DNA from: Torpedo marmorata
Taxonomy: Eukaryota
NCBI GenBank assembly: GCA_977017645.1
Contig: OZ360227.1
Span: 165,664,001-165,728,000 of the forward strand
Reading direction: 5' to 3'
Length of the DNA stretch: 64,000 nt
Part shown: positions 1-13,900 of the stretch, piece by piece
Layout: every line of letters begins with the position of its first letter
Numbering within the stretch: position 1 is the first letter of the stretch
Notes under the pieces: model-generated
What the model was told of the DNA's origin: nothing
The model's input: the letters and a program-made list of their open reading frames with translations, nothing else
The model's database searches: none
Program-made: the position numbers and the translations under genes

Positions 1-55
1 ATAACCTTTTGATATCTGTGTTCCGGCTAGACAAGCACAGATATCAAAGGGTTAT
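1..55. repeat. 20-bp inverted repeat with 15-nt spacer
   Basis: ataaccttttgatatctgtg (1-20) vs cacagatatcaaagggttat (36-55), one mismatch. Confidence 0.7.
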
Positions 56-322
56 AGAGTTACCGGTATTTCTCAGTATCTTATCTTTTGTTACCAAGGC
101 TCTTAACTCTGGAAAATTTTCCCCAAACCTTTTTATTACTTTTTCTTCCTTTATGGCTCTCTTAAAATCCGTCTAATTTTGGGCATATAGACATTTCTCT
201 CCCAAGGTGGCTTGGTATTGAATTTTGTTTGACAAGAATTCTGTCAAGTGCCTAAGGAGATGTTGCAGTGATAAAAATATTACTGTCAGTTATTATTTGA
301 TAAAATAACTTGGCTACACAGG

Positions 323-990
323 TCAAGCAGGAGGGGGAGAGGAAGGGAGAGAGGAGGGGGAGAGGAAGGGAGAGAGGAGGGGGAGAGGAATGGAGAGAGG
401 TGGGGGANNNNNNNNNNNNNNNNNNNNNNNNNNNNNNNNNNNNNNNNNNNNNNNNNNNNNNNNNNNNNNNNNNNNNNNNNNNNNNNNNNNNNNNNNNNNN
501 NNNNNNNNNNNNNNNNNNNNNNNNNNNNNNNNNNNNNNNNGAAACAGAGGGAGGAGAGGAGGGGGAGATGAAGGGAGGGACGGAGAGGGAGGAAGGAGGA
601 GAGGAGAGAGTGGGAGAGGGGAGGGAAGGGAGGGAGAGGGGAATGGAGGAGGGGAGGAGGTGAGGGAAGGGGAGGGAAGTGGGGGTGGGAGGAGGTGGTG
701 GGAGGAGGGGGAGGGGGATAGTAGAGGAGAGGAGGGGAACAGAGGAGGGGAGAGGTGAGGGAGGAGGGGAGAAGAGTGGGAGAGGAGAGGGAGAGAGGAG
801 GGAGATCAAGAGGGGGAAGGGGAGCAGAGAGAATGGGAAGGCAGAGAATATGAGAGGAGGAGAGGTTTCAAAAGAGAAGAAAAGGTTTTGGGGAAGGGGA
901 GGAGGGAGGTTTTCAGAATGAGGGAGAGGGGTGAGGAGCAGATGAGGAGGGAGGAAGGAGAAGGGGATGGGAATGGGGGAAAGGGGAGGT
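323..990 (+). repeat. G/A-rich low-complexity tract containing an assembly gap (N 408-540)
   Basis: Almost pure purine GGAGAGG/GGGA runs on the + strand. Confidence 0.9.
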
Positions 991-1351
991 ACCCATTGTC
1001 TCTAAGTTGACACATGCAACAAGTTAGTACCAAGTACAATTAGCTTTCCTCTCTGTCAGTAAGCAAGGGAAAAATCTGAGATCCTGGATAGGTGATATCA
1101 TTACGTGTCTTACTGCTGGCAAAAGAAGTGCTTGGGCTTATTTCTCAATGGGCACAATTTCACCCAGAGTGATGTTGACCTGATCTATTCTGGGTAAAAT
1201 TGCTTTTATATGCAATTTGCATCAAATTTATATGTTTATATATTTAATGTCCTGCTTTTTTTGTTTTATTTTCTCCTGAGATCAATTCTGTTTCTTTGTT
1301 TGACTTTGGGTGTGCAACATCAAATTAAGTGATAAATTAGCTTTCCAACCA

Positions 1352-1566
1352 ACCAGTTACAATGCCAGCGACCTGGGTTTGAATCCGGCGCTGTCTGCAA
1401 GGAGTTTGTACGTTCTCCCCATGTCTGCGTGGGTTTCCTCCGGGTGCTGTGGTTTCCTCCCACCCTCCAAAACGTACGGTGGTTGTAGGTTAATTGGGCG
1501 GCACAGCCTCGTGGGCCGGAAGGGCCTGTTACCGTGCTGCGTGACTAAATTTTTTTTAAAAATTAA
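1352..1566 (+). mobile_element. HE1-like tRNA-derived V-SINE, 5' truncated
   Basis: B-box-like gtttgaatcc, V-domain gttctcccc..tctgcgtgggtttcctccggg, CR1-like tail gggcctgttaccgtgctg. Confidence 0.8.
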
Positions 1567-1600
1567 ATAGATGGGGAGAAAAAGAATAAGATGTACTCAC

Positions 1601-1912
1601 GTCACTCTGCAACTCATAGGCTTTCTTAGCCTGGATCACGTCATTCTGGTCTGGGAGACAGGTCCATTCATGCAGATAATGTCTGTAGTCAATATCACTG
1701 ACCAGGGTCTGGCATTTCTTGGCCAACAGGATGTCCAGCATGTCGACCGGCATGTTGAACTTGGTCTTGGTTTTCTCAAAGTCTTTCTTATACTCCCTGT
1801 CACTCTGAATCTTGGCCACGTGCATGGACCAGACCATTTTGGGATCATCTTGCAGGCTGCGGCATCCAACATGGTGGCCAAGCTGCTTGCGGTAGCCTTC
1901 TTTGTATTTGTA
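1601..1912 (-). CDS. NEB: NEB exon A1 (312 nt)
   Basis: [34 protein letters not shown]...AYELQSD; AG at 1914-1913, GTGAG donor at 1600. Confidence 0.95.
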
Positions 1913-4900
1913 CTAATTGTGAGGAAGAAAGAATTCAGTTGAAACTTCAACAGTGATTTAGTATCTGGCATATCGCATTATCAAGATGTGCTTTAGTTGG
2001 TGAACAGCTCTTACCATGCTCGCAATGTCTCTGGACGCTTTTGCTGCCTTGATTGGAATGGCATCAACACGCATGTCGTAACCTTTAAGCTTGGATTTTT
2101 CCCATGCTTCTTGGTACAATTTCTGAAAGGACAGACACACAGGACTTGTTAGACTTTGCTTCTGATCAATGGTGAACCCAAGTTCCAATGTTTGCAGTCG
2201 CATGGGCAATTACCTGGCTGATGTTGGCAGAATTACTCTTAGCCAGAAGAATTTCAGGTGTGTCTGGCATAACATGAATCTTGGTTTTATCAACATCCCA
2301 AGCTTCTGTGTATAAGTGCTGTGCAAAAGAAACATGGCAGAAAATTATACTTTTGATGTCATAGTAATAAACACTTTAGGATTTAGTCATCGAGATCTAG
2401 TACTGCATTGTTTTTTGTTTTGTTTTTTTTAATTTTATTTTGGATTTTTTTTTTAAGAATAATTACACGGAGTAAGAGTTTTAACTTGAATCTAGAACTT
2501 GGTTAAGATGACTTATTTGTTTTTTTTTTATATATACATGTATAAATACCAGATAATTTTTCAAATGTTTTTCTTAATTTTTTATTCTGTATACATGTTT
2601 ATTTGTTGAAACTCAAAAAATATTTTAAAAAGAAAAGAAAATTTTACTTTTGATGTCATAGTAGTAAACACTTTAGAATTTAGTCATCGAGATCTGCAGC
2701 TGAGCAAGCTAGTCCCATTTGCCTGCATTCAGCCCATATCCCTCCAAACCTTTCCTATTCATGTACATATCTGTCTAAATCCCTTTTAAATGTTTAATTT
2801 GTCCCCACTTCCACTGGCAGCTCATTCCATATACCCACCATTCTCTGTGTGAAGAAGATCTTTATTAAATCTATCCCCTCTCACCTTATAGTTCCAAAAA
2901 CAAATTTCTACAATACCTTAAATAAAAAATTCCACTCTAATCTAGTTTTCCCTACCCTGGGAAAAGGGCTTTGACTATTTACATTATCTATGTCCCTCAT
3001 GATTTTATAAACCTCCAGAAGGTCCCCCTCACCCTCCTACGCTCTAGAGAGAAAATCGCCAGATTCTACAGATATTTGATGAGTAGTTTTAGGATGAAAT
3101 ATTTATTGATTGTCAGACAAGAAAATAATATATCAATTACTTTAATGATTATTGTGAAAAAATAAATTTTAATTTTTGTCATTCATTTTTACTTACTTTA
3201 TTAAGATTCAGGGCATTGTTTTTGGCTAAAACCAAGTCAAGCGAATCAAGAATACTTGTAAACTTAAATTTATCTGGGTGCTGGCGATAATTCTTTTCAC
3301 TCAGGATCTCCCCAGCTCTTTTCGCGTTCACAACATCCAGTGACTCATGAGGACTCCATCCGATTCCACGAAGCCATTCCAAGTCTGACTTGTACACCAG
3401 CTGTGGGTCCAAAGCATTGTTTCAGTCAGGAAGAAATATAATTGGGTAGTGGAAGGACTACTAGACGCAAATAAAAGTGGTGAAATTCAAACTGCATATA
3501 TTCAAAGTTAAACTTCAACTGTGATTGTAGTAGGTGCCAATCTTGTAACAATCAGTCATTTTGGTTTCTGACTGTACGCGTCAAAGATTTGATCAAACGG
3601 AATATTACGTACTATATTAATGCATCATTTACAATGTGAAGATTTCTCTCGCATTAAGATAACAGCATTCAAAAGTCTGGTTCAATTCTGTTCATTCAAA
3701 TCTTTGACAAATGTAGGTCTCTAAGCAACAGGTTTATACAGCAGCTGCAATTTTCTGGATGGATTCTAACTTTCATCAGTCTTTACTCTGCACATACGAT
3801 TGAGCAAAACTTAAGAGTAGAACGGTTAGTGCAACGCTATTACAGCGCCAGCAATCTGGGTACGAATCCAGCGCTGTATGTTCTCCCCGTGACCTGCCTG
3901 AGTTTTCCGGGTGGTCTGGTTTCCTCCCACCCTCCAAAACGTATGGGGTTGGTAGGTGTAATTGGGCTGCACAAGTTTCATGGGCCAGAAAGGCCTGCTA
4001 TTGTGTGGTATTGTTAAAATTTAAAAAAATCTTTTTGCTTCTTCTGCAGCAGACCCTTGGGATCAAGAATAACGTGTTTCCTCTCAGTTTTTGTGGCAAC
4101 TGCAGACTCTTCCACAAATGGGGTAGGAGGTGGATGATGGGATGAGTGGGTAGGTAGTTTGGGAAATGGTGCACTTATTACTCCCCATACACAACCTGAT
4201 GCTTACCCTCAAGGTTCTCAGTATCACCCCAAATGCTCCATCTCCATTTTGAGTGGTCGCAAGCAGGAGGTTCCCAGAATACGTGGGTATGTTGCATTTT
4301 CACAAGGAAACCAAGCTCATTTTAGTTCTCAAATCATAAGTAGTGTCCTTGTTAATTTATTATGACATGACAAGAATTACTATGAAAAAATGATCAATTT
4401 GGTTATCATAAGTAGCATATTTTCCTGGATGAATTTCTCAGTGTCTAGTCTAATTTGTTTCACTATGCGGCAACAAAATGAGAACAAAGACAAATAATAG
4501 TGAAGCACGATAGTCTGCAGATGCTGGGATTGTCGTCAAAACACAGAAATGATGGAGGAACTCAACTGGTCTCACAACGTCCATAGGAGGTAAAGATATA
4601 TTACTGACGTTTCGGGCCTGAGCCCTTCCTCAAGGAATTGGCTTAACGATAGATACATAGATGGAAGAAATGCAGTGCTTGGTCATAAAGATACAACATT
4701 CAGTATACATTGATTTAAGTGGAGTAAGGGCTCAGGCCCGAAACGTCGGCAATATATCTTTACCTCCCATGGACGCTGCGAGACCGGCTGAGTTCCTCCA
4801 GCATTTCTGTGTTTTGAAAGACAATTAATAAATCATGCATCCTCACACGCTGCTAAACAGCCTATGCAGTTAAATTGTAGCTTGACATTTTAAACCCCAA

Positions 4901-7900
4901 AGCATTCTCATGAACTTTAACTATTTTATTATTGCCAGATACATACAAAAGCCATAAAAAAAGCTATTGGAAATAAAACTCACTCACATGAGATTAAACC
5001 CAATCTTAGTTATTTGCAAGTACAAGGCTGTAATTTCTAAGAGGAGGTGTTACATTATTTAGAATAAATAATAAACACTCAAGGTAAAAGAAGCAGACAG
5101 ATGAATATTTAAAGTATCCATTCACCAATGTTAGACATCTGAGAATCATAATAAAGATAGAAAAAGCAATCAAATGGTGTTTAAAATAACAGGTTGTTCC
5201 ATATAAATAGCTCTGGGAGGACTGATGAATTACAAGTCCAGCAATGTCAGAGGTCAGATGTTAACAGGTAGTCCTTTTGCCAAAGAATAGCTTTCTACTG
5301 AACCTGATGGCAGCTGGTCCACTGACTAGCAATTCAATGACTGCCTTTGACTGAGGGCTGGAACCATTTGAAGGCAGTAATTGAATAATCCAGAATCAGA
5401 GTGATCTCCACCACCAAACTGAGAATTTTGTGCAAAACTGACAGCTGAGAATCAAGTATGACCAGAAAATGAATTAAATTGCTTTACCAACAAGCACATT
5501 TTCTTTTGAATAATGAAGGAAGAAATTTCCTTCTACTTGATGCGAGATCATACTCGAAGAGATAATTAAGGAGTAATTGTTTTCCCCAAACAAAAAACAA
5601 GTTGCAATCCTCTTTTAATTTTTATATATGGTGGAAGATATCAGAAGTACAATACAGATCTAAATGAATTCACACATGAATATTAATGCAACAGCTATCT
5701 GGCATCATTTACCGGTAATTAATCTGTGAATTCATCACTAGTGAAAATACAATGGCAATCTGCACAAATTAATTTCTCAAATTTTCTGACAAATTTCTTT
5801 AAAATTCTGAAAGGAATTTAAGGAAGTACTCACATCACTCTGCAATTCATAGGCCTTCTTTGCCTGGATCACATCATTCTGGTCTGGGAGACAGGTCCAC
5901 TGGTGCAGGTATCGCCTGTAGTCAATGTCACTGACCAGGATCTGGCATTTCTTGGCCAACAGGATGTCCAGCATGTCGACCGGCATGTTGAACTTGGTCT
6001 TGGTTTTCTCAAAGTCTTTCTTATACTCCCTATCACTCTGAATCTTGGCCACGTGCATGGACCAGACCATTTTGGGATCATCTTGCAGGCTGCGGCATCC
6101 AACGTGGTGGCCAAGCTGCTTGCGGTAGGCCGTTTTGTACTTGTACTACAGTAGAGATCAAGCAAAGTATCTTGGTTTCAAGCAGTACATTCAACTCAAG
6201 GTAACTGCTCATTAAAAATGCCAAGATGGAATTTTTGGATCGATTGAATCTTCCGGTACTACCTCAGGATGAACGTGCAAGCTTGGAAAAACCTATTTCT
6301 AAATAGGATATAGCTCTCGCTATTTCCTCACTACAGTCTGGTAAATCTCCAGGGCCAGACGGATTTCCTGTGTAATTTTATAAATCTTTCTCCAAACAGC
6401 TTGTACCTCATCTGAGTGTGGTATTGGATAACTCAATTAATGAGCGTAAGCTTCCCGCATCTTTTAATGAGGCCAGTATTTCCTTAATTCTTAAAAAGGG
6501 TAAAGAATCGACTGAATTCACATCTTATAGACCCATTTCTTTACTTAATGTGGATATGAAGATTTTGTCTAAAGTATTAGCACATAGATTAGAAAATATT
6601 TTACCTTTAATTATCAATTCAGATCAGTCTGGATTTATTAAAAATCGTTTTTCATATTATAACATTAATAGATTGTTGAATATTTTATATTTACCTTCTA
6701 CTCCGGTGACGGAATGTGTCCTTTCACTAGATGCTGAAAAAGTATTTGATCGGGTGGAGTGGGAATATTTATTTGCTATTTTAGATAAATTTAATTTTGG
6801 TTCTGATTTTATTAAATGGATTAAGTTACTATATTCTTATTCTATGGCCTCAGTTCAATCTAATTTACAACAATCAGATATGTTTCGGCTTAATAGAGGA
6901 ACCCGACAAGGGTTAAGTCCTTTGCTTTTTGATATAGTATTAGAACCTTTAGCTGTTGTTCTTCGACATTGTAGAGAATTTAATGGTATAACTAGAAACG
7001 GAATTGAACACAAAGTATCTCTCTATGCGGACGATTTATTATTATTTATTTCAAACCCTGAAGTTTCTATACCAAATATATTAACCCTATTTACTCAATT
7101 TAGTCAATTTTCAGGGTATAAATTAAACCTACAAAAGAGTGAGCTATTGCCCTTAAAAGGACCTTTTATTGGTTATTCTAATTTTCCGTTTAAAATAGTG
7201 AACAATCAATTCTAATACTTAGGAATTACAATTACAAAAAACCATAAAAATTGACTGAAAGAAAATTTTTGGGTATTAGTTAATAAGGTTAAATTACAAT
7301 TAGTGGGTTGGTCAACCTTATCAATTACAATGATGGGCTGTATTAGTTCGATTAAAATGAATATTTTGCTTACATTTTTATATCTTTTCCAATCTTTATC
7401 AATTTTTATTCCTAAAACCTTTTTTATTTCATTGGATTCTATTCTTTTTTCATATATATGGCAGGGAAAACATCCACGTATAAATAAATCCCATCTTCAA
7501 AAAATTAAAAGGAATGGAGGATTATCACTTCCAGATTTTAGATTTTATTATTGGGCGATTAATATTCGTAATTTGCTTTTGTTATTGCATTTTGATAAGT
7601 TACAGAATCGCCCATCCTGGGTGGAAATGGAATTGAAGTTTTCAAAAAAAAACATCTATGTTAGCAATTTTAGGATCCTTTTTACCATTTTCATTTGTTA
7701 AAATAACTCATAATCCTGTATTAAGATATAGGTTGAGAATATGGGCACAGTTTAGAAATTTTTTTGGATTTAATAGCTTTTCTCTGGCTAGTCCTATTAT
7801 AGATAATCACCTTTTCTAGCCGTCTGTGATGGATGTAGGATTTAGGGAATGGTATAGATTGGGAATTCATAGTTTTAATGATCTTTTTATTCGAGATAGT

Positions 7901-10900
7901 TTTGCCACTTTCGAACAATTGGTCAATAAATTTAATCTTACTAACAGACATTTTTTTAGATACTTATAAATTAGACATTTTGTTCAGTCTAAGATTTCAG
8001 ATTTTCCTCGAATTTTAAGTTCTAATTTTCTCGATTTACTTTTTAATATACGGTTCTTTTTTCAACGTGGATTAACATCATGTATATATAATAATTTATT
8101 GGAAATCAGAGTAGCTTCTATGACGGGGATCAAGAATGAATGGGATCGAGATTTGAATGTTACATTTTCAGATCAAGATTGGTACAATGCTCTTGATCTA
8201 ATTAACGCCTCATCTTTTTGTGCTAGACGCTGTTTATTACAATTTAAAGTGGTACATAGAATTCATATGTCTTAACTTAAACTATCACGTTTTTACTCTG
8301 ACATAGATCCATTGTGTGAGAGATGTAAAATTTTTGAAGCTTCACTGATACATATGTTTTGGAAATGCCCCAATTTGGAGAGATTTTGAAAGGATATTTT
8401 TAAATCTTTATCATTGATTTTTAAGATTAATATTGAACCATGTCCTATAATTGCTCTGTTTGGTTTTTCACGTGAACTTAACATACCTTTGTCTGCATCA
8501 CAGGAAAAAGTTTTAGCTTTTTCCACGTTGATTGCCAGACGGGCAATTTTATTGAAATGGAAAGATGAGTTATCACCGACACATAGACAGTGGTTACTAG
8601 ATGTAATGTCCTTTCTGAGTTTGGAGAAAATTAGATATAATATTAAAGATAGAAAGTTTCAATTTTTAAAGATCTGGGGGCCATTCATTGAATAATATCA
8701 TGATTGGCAGAATTAACAAAACTGACTATCCCGGGGACTCTCTGTCCGATGCCTGGAGGTCGCTACAGGATCCATACCTTTTTTACAATATTAAGGTAAC
8801 CTTACTTAGAGGGAGGGGTTAGAATAGATTAGTTATTAGTGTTTATTTTTTTTGGTCTTTTTTTTTCTTTCTTTTTATTTTATTTTCAAGTGGGTTTTTT
8901 TTAAGATAATTATAAGGAACTAGAGTTTTAACCTATATTAAGAATTTAGTTACGACAATTTACGTAGTTTTTTTTATATACATGTATGAATACCAGCTGA
9001 TTTTTTGAATGTTTTTCTTAATCTTGTTACTCTGTATACATGTTTATTATTGAAACTCAATAAAAATATTTTAAAAAGAAAGAGAATGCCAAGATAAGGT
9101 ATTCACTGACACTAAATAAATAGGTCCACTTACATCACTGGCAATATCTCTGGAGGCTTTTGCGGCTTTAATTGTAATGGCATCAGGTGACAAGTGGTAG
9201 CCCTTTTTCTTTGACTCCTCCATTGCAAGTCTGTACAATTTCTATGTGGAAGAGAGAATGTTCTTAGTGATAGTTTCAAAATTAAATTGAAGTTTTTTTA
9301 TGTTCTTCAGCTAATTGTCATGTACAGTGTCTCAATATGTTGAGTAGTGGCTAAAGGTGGAGATTCAATTTCAGATTCTACGGAAGTCAAGTCAAGTTTA
9401 TTGTCATCTGATTGCACAAGTACAACCCGACAAAACAGCGTTCTCCGGTCCTCGGTGCAAAACATGCAGACACACAACCAGGCATAAACACATACAAACA
9501 ATACATACTCTATGTAGGACAAGTATTCATATATACAAATAAATATTGTTTCGTAAATATGATGGTTAGTGTGAGCAGTTCTTTTGGTCGTTCAGCATTC
9601 TCCCTGCCCGTGGGAAGAAGCTGTTCCTAACCTGGTAGTGCTGGCTCTGATACTCCTGTATCTCTTTCCCAATGGGAGTATCTGAAAGATGCTGTGTGCG
9701 GGGTGGAAGGGGTCCTCAATAATTTTGCACGCCCTCTTCAGGCAACGATCCCGGTAGATCACGTCAATGGGTTGGGGGGGGGGGAGGGAGACTCCAGTGA
9801 TCCTCTGCCATTCTTATGGTCCTGTGCATTGATCTCTGATCCATTTCTCTGCAGCAACCGTACCACACTGTGATGCAGCCGGCCAGAACGCTCTCGATAG
9901 AGCTCCTGTAGAAGGTTAACATAATGGTGACCGGTAGCCTTGCCCACTTCAGTCTTCTCAGGAAGTGCAGTCGCTGCTGTGACTTCCTGACAAGTGAGGA
10001 GGTGTAGTGTGCCCATGATAGGTCACCAGTTAAGTGAACTCCGAGGAACTTGGTGCTCTCCACTACAGAGTTATTGATGTGTCGTGGAGGGTGGCCATTC
10101 CTGGTCCTCCTGAAGCCATGATCATCTCCTTCGTCTTTTCCATGTTGAGACTCAGGTTGTTACTCTCGCACCATATCACGAAATTTTCCACCTCTTCACT
10201 ATAGTGTGACATCATTGTTTCTGATGGGACCTACTACTGTTGTGTCATCTGCAAACTTGATGACAATGTTGGAGCTGGATCTGGCGATGCAGTCGTGGGT
10301 CAGTAGCATAAACAGGAGCGGGCTGAGCACACAGCCCTGAGGTACGCAAGTGCTCAGTGTGACGGTGCTCGACGTTCTGGTTGGCTTTGGTGCCAGCTGC
10401 ACAAGTGCTTCATCCAGACTGATCCTGGACTAGGCAACTAAATTCCCAGCTATTGCAGTGGGATGTGAACTCTGGATCATTCACCTTGCTATCTGAACTA
10501 CTAATCCAGTAATTCATGACTCGATTATGGTACCCTCTAATCTGCCCTAAATGTAAAGTAACACTGAGAGTCAATTTCATTTACTATGGCTTCACATACT
10601 TACGTCACTGCACGCAATCTGGTTCTGTTTTGCCAATATTATCTCTGGTGTATCTGGCTTCAGATGAATTTTGGTTTTGTCTGCTTCCCAAGCTTCAATG
10701 TATGCCCGCTAAAAAATAATCACATGGATTAGCATTTTGTTGGGGAATATTGAAAACATAATTGCCCATTAATTAAATGAAGAGTCCAACCTTATTCATT
10801 ATGTGTGCATTATTCTTTGCCAGAGCCAAATCCATGGAGTCATTCAGGCTTGTGAATTTGAACATCGATGGGTGCTGCCGGTAATTTTTCTCACTCAGGA

Positions 10901-13900
10901 TCTCACCGGCATTTTTGACTTTGGCCACATCTAGCGATTCATGTGGAGACCATCCAATACCCTTTAGCCACTGAAGGTCCATTTTGTATTGATTCTAGAA
11001 CAAATGAAAAACATCTCTGCAAATTACTCTATTTATACCACTGAAGTTTGTTCTAGCTGAGAATAAGGCAAGGTCTGATTTGCACAAGTTCTGGAAGACA
11101 GTTAAAAAAAAATCCTTGTTTAAGCTTCATGTTAATCAGTGATTCAGCCAATTCAATAAAAATAACATCCATGAACAGTGTTAGAATCTAGATCAACCTT
11201 CATGTGGATGTTATTTTGTTGAAATCAACTGAGATAATCAGACTGCTGGAAATACTGAAGACATGAGGAAGCATCAGGATTAAACAGTGGAGTTATCATT
11301 TCACGTCAATGATCTGACATCAGAACCTACATTGACTTCTCTTTCCATGGATGCTGTCTTACAAATTAAGTATTTCCAGTATTTTATGCCTGTAATTTTG
11401 AGAAATCCATTATCAACATTGTCAATTTAAGTACAGGTCACTATACAAGAAAATAATGTAAACCTGGTTGTTATAATAAAAGACTTACATTTGTATTATA
11501 TTTAATTTAATTTAAAATGTGGACATACAGACATACAGCAGGGTAACAGGCCCTTCCGTCCCATGAGCCCATGCCGCCCAATTACCCCAACTAACCAACG
11601 ACTCCGGTACGTTTTGAAGGGTGGGAGAAATCCACGCAGATATGGGGAGAATGTACAAATTCCTAACAGACAGCGCCAGATTCGAACCCGGGTCGCTGCC
11701 ACTGTAATAGTGTTGTGCTAACCTTTACGCTAACCATGCCGCCCTCTACGCTAACCATGCCGCCCCTATGCTAACTATGCCACCCTATCTGATCACATTG
11801 AAATGTAATATACTGTTTTTAGCAAGTGTGGCAACAGATTTTAGACAGTAACTGTTTATGATTACGACAGCTGAGGAAGTAGAATTGGGAATGCCACATC
11901 TACTGTTCTTTGATCGTTATCATGGCTTTGTTCCAAAAACAAGCTTTGCCCCAGTTGAATTCCTTGTCAAAAAGGAGGCACTCCCAGTTTATTATTGGAC
12001 CCGGCCAATTATCGATCAAGAACCCATCATAACCCTCTATTTTTCTTGTATCCACGTGCCTGTCTAAGAGTCTTTTAAATGTCCCTATTGTATCAGTCTC
12101 CACCACCACCCTTGGCAATGCATTCCATGCACCCACCACTCTGTGTAAAAAATCTTAACACTGACGTCTCCCTTAAACCTTTCTCCCCTCACCTTAAACA
12201 GGTGTCCTCTGGTATTTGCTACTGTCACCTCAGGAAAAAGATGTTGGCTGTCCACCGTATCTATGCCTCTCATAATCTTGACCTCTATTAAGTCACCTTT
12301 CATCCTTCTTCGCTCCAAAGAAAAAAGCCCTAGCTCTGTTAACCTTGCCACATAAGACACATTCTCCAATCCAGGCAACATCCTGGTAAATCTCCTCTGC
12401 ACACTCTCCAAAGCTTCCACATCCTTCCTGTAATGAGGTGACCAGAACTGAACACAATATTCCAAGTGTGGTCTAACCAGAGTTTTATAGAGCTGCAACA
12501 TTACTTTACAGCTCTTGAACGTAATCCCATGACTAATGAAGGCTAACATACTTTAAGGCTTAAGCCTTCTTAACTACCCTATCAATCTGCTCAGCAACCT
12601 TGTGAGATCAATGGATTTGGACCTCAAGTTCCCTCTGTTTTTCCACACTGTTAAGAATCCATGTACACCACCTTCAAGTTCGACAATGCAAAATGCTTGA
12701 CTTTGAATCTGCCACGAGATCATGAGAAACTTGGACCATTTCTTAAGTCACCTCTCAGCAATGACAAATACCATCAACACCATCACTGGTGTGCCAGCAT
12801 TGCTTTCAGTCAGTTGATGAAAAGGATATTTAAATATCAGGAGCTCAAATCTGGGACAAAAAGCCCATGACTCACTCTGGAATATACAGGTCAACTGAAC
12901 CAAACATAGGTTCTTTCATTGTAAAGACCTGTCCAGGTTTAAATTTTTATTTTTTTTAAATTTTTTTATACAGCATGGTAACAGGCCATTTCGGCCCACG
13001 AGTCCGTGCCGCCCAATTTACACCCCATTAACCTACACCCCCGGTTAGTTTTGAACGGTGGGAGGAAACCGGAGCCCCCAGAGAAAACCCACGCAGACAC
13101 GGGGAGAACGTACAAACTCCTTACAGACAACTTCCTTATCATTGCAAAGGAGTTTTTATATTTTCAGGTTGCAATCCAAACAACCTGCATGTTTCATCAC
13201 TACAATTTCTACATTAGATTATTCTGGCCTGGCAGATGTATCTATTGTTACAAGTAGTTCCAGTCATCCATGTCACTGACTGAAGATAGACAATTCTTGG
13301 CTTATGAAAATGTAACTTTGTTCAAATTTCACACCTCCAGCTTTGCTACAAAGACTATTTGAGCTTTTGTAGATAATTGACTACGAAAATGTTTTTCACG
13401 CATTTTCCGATTAAATTTTTAAAAATAGTTATCAACATTCTAAGAATGTTAAGAAGATACTCACATCACTCTGCAAATCATAGGCCTTCTTTGCCTGAAT
13501 CACATCATTCTGGTCTGGGAGACAGGTCCACTGGTGCAGGTGATGCCTGTAGTCAATGTCACTGACCAGGGTCTGGCATTTCTTGGCCAACAGGATGTCC
13601 AGCATGTCGACCGGCATGTTGAACTTGGTCTTGGTTTTCTCAAAGTCCTTCTTGTACTCCCTGTCACTCTGAATCTTGGCCACGTGCATGGACCAGACCA
13701 TTTTGGGATCATCCTGAATGCTGCGGCATCCAACATGGTGGCCAAGCTGCTTGCGGTAGGCTGTTTTGTACTTGTACTGTTAAAGTTAAAATTATCAGTT
13801 TGCGTGTTTTAAATTAATACATCAGAAATGATGGGAAAATGTCCAAAAATTGATATAAATTTATATAAAATAATGTTTAAAACAAAATATAAATTGCTTA

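Noticed and set aside
252-1039. Pro/Ser-rich and Gly/Glu/Arg-rich ORFs
   Set aside because: Translations of a low-complexity purine tract spanning an N gap
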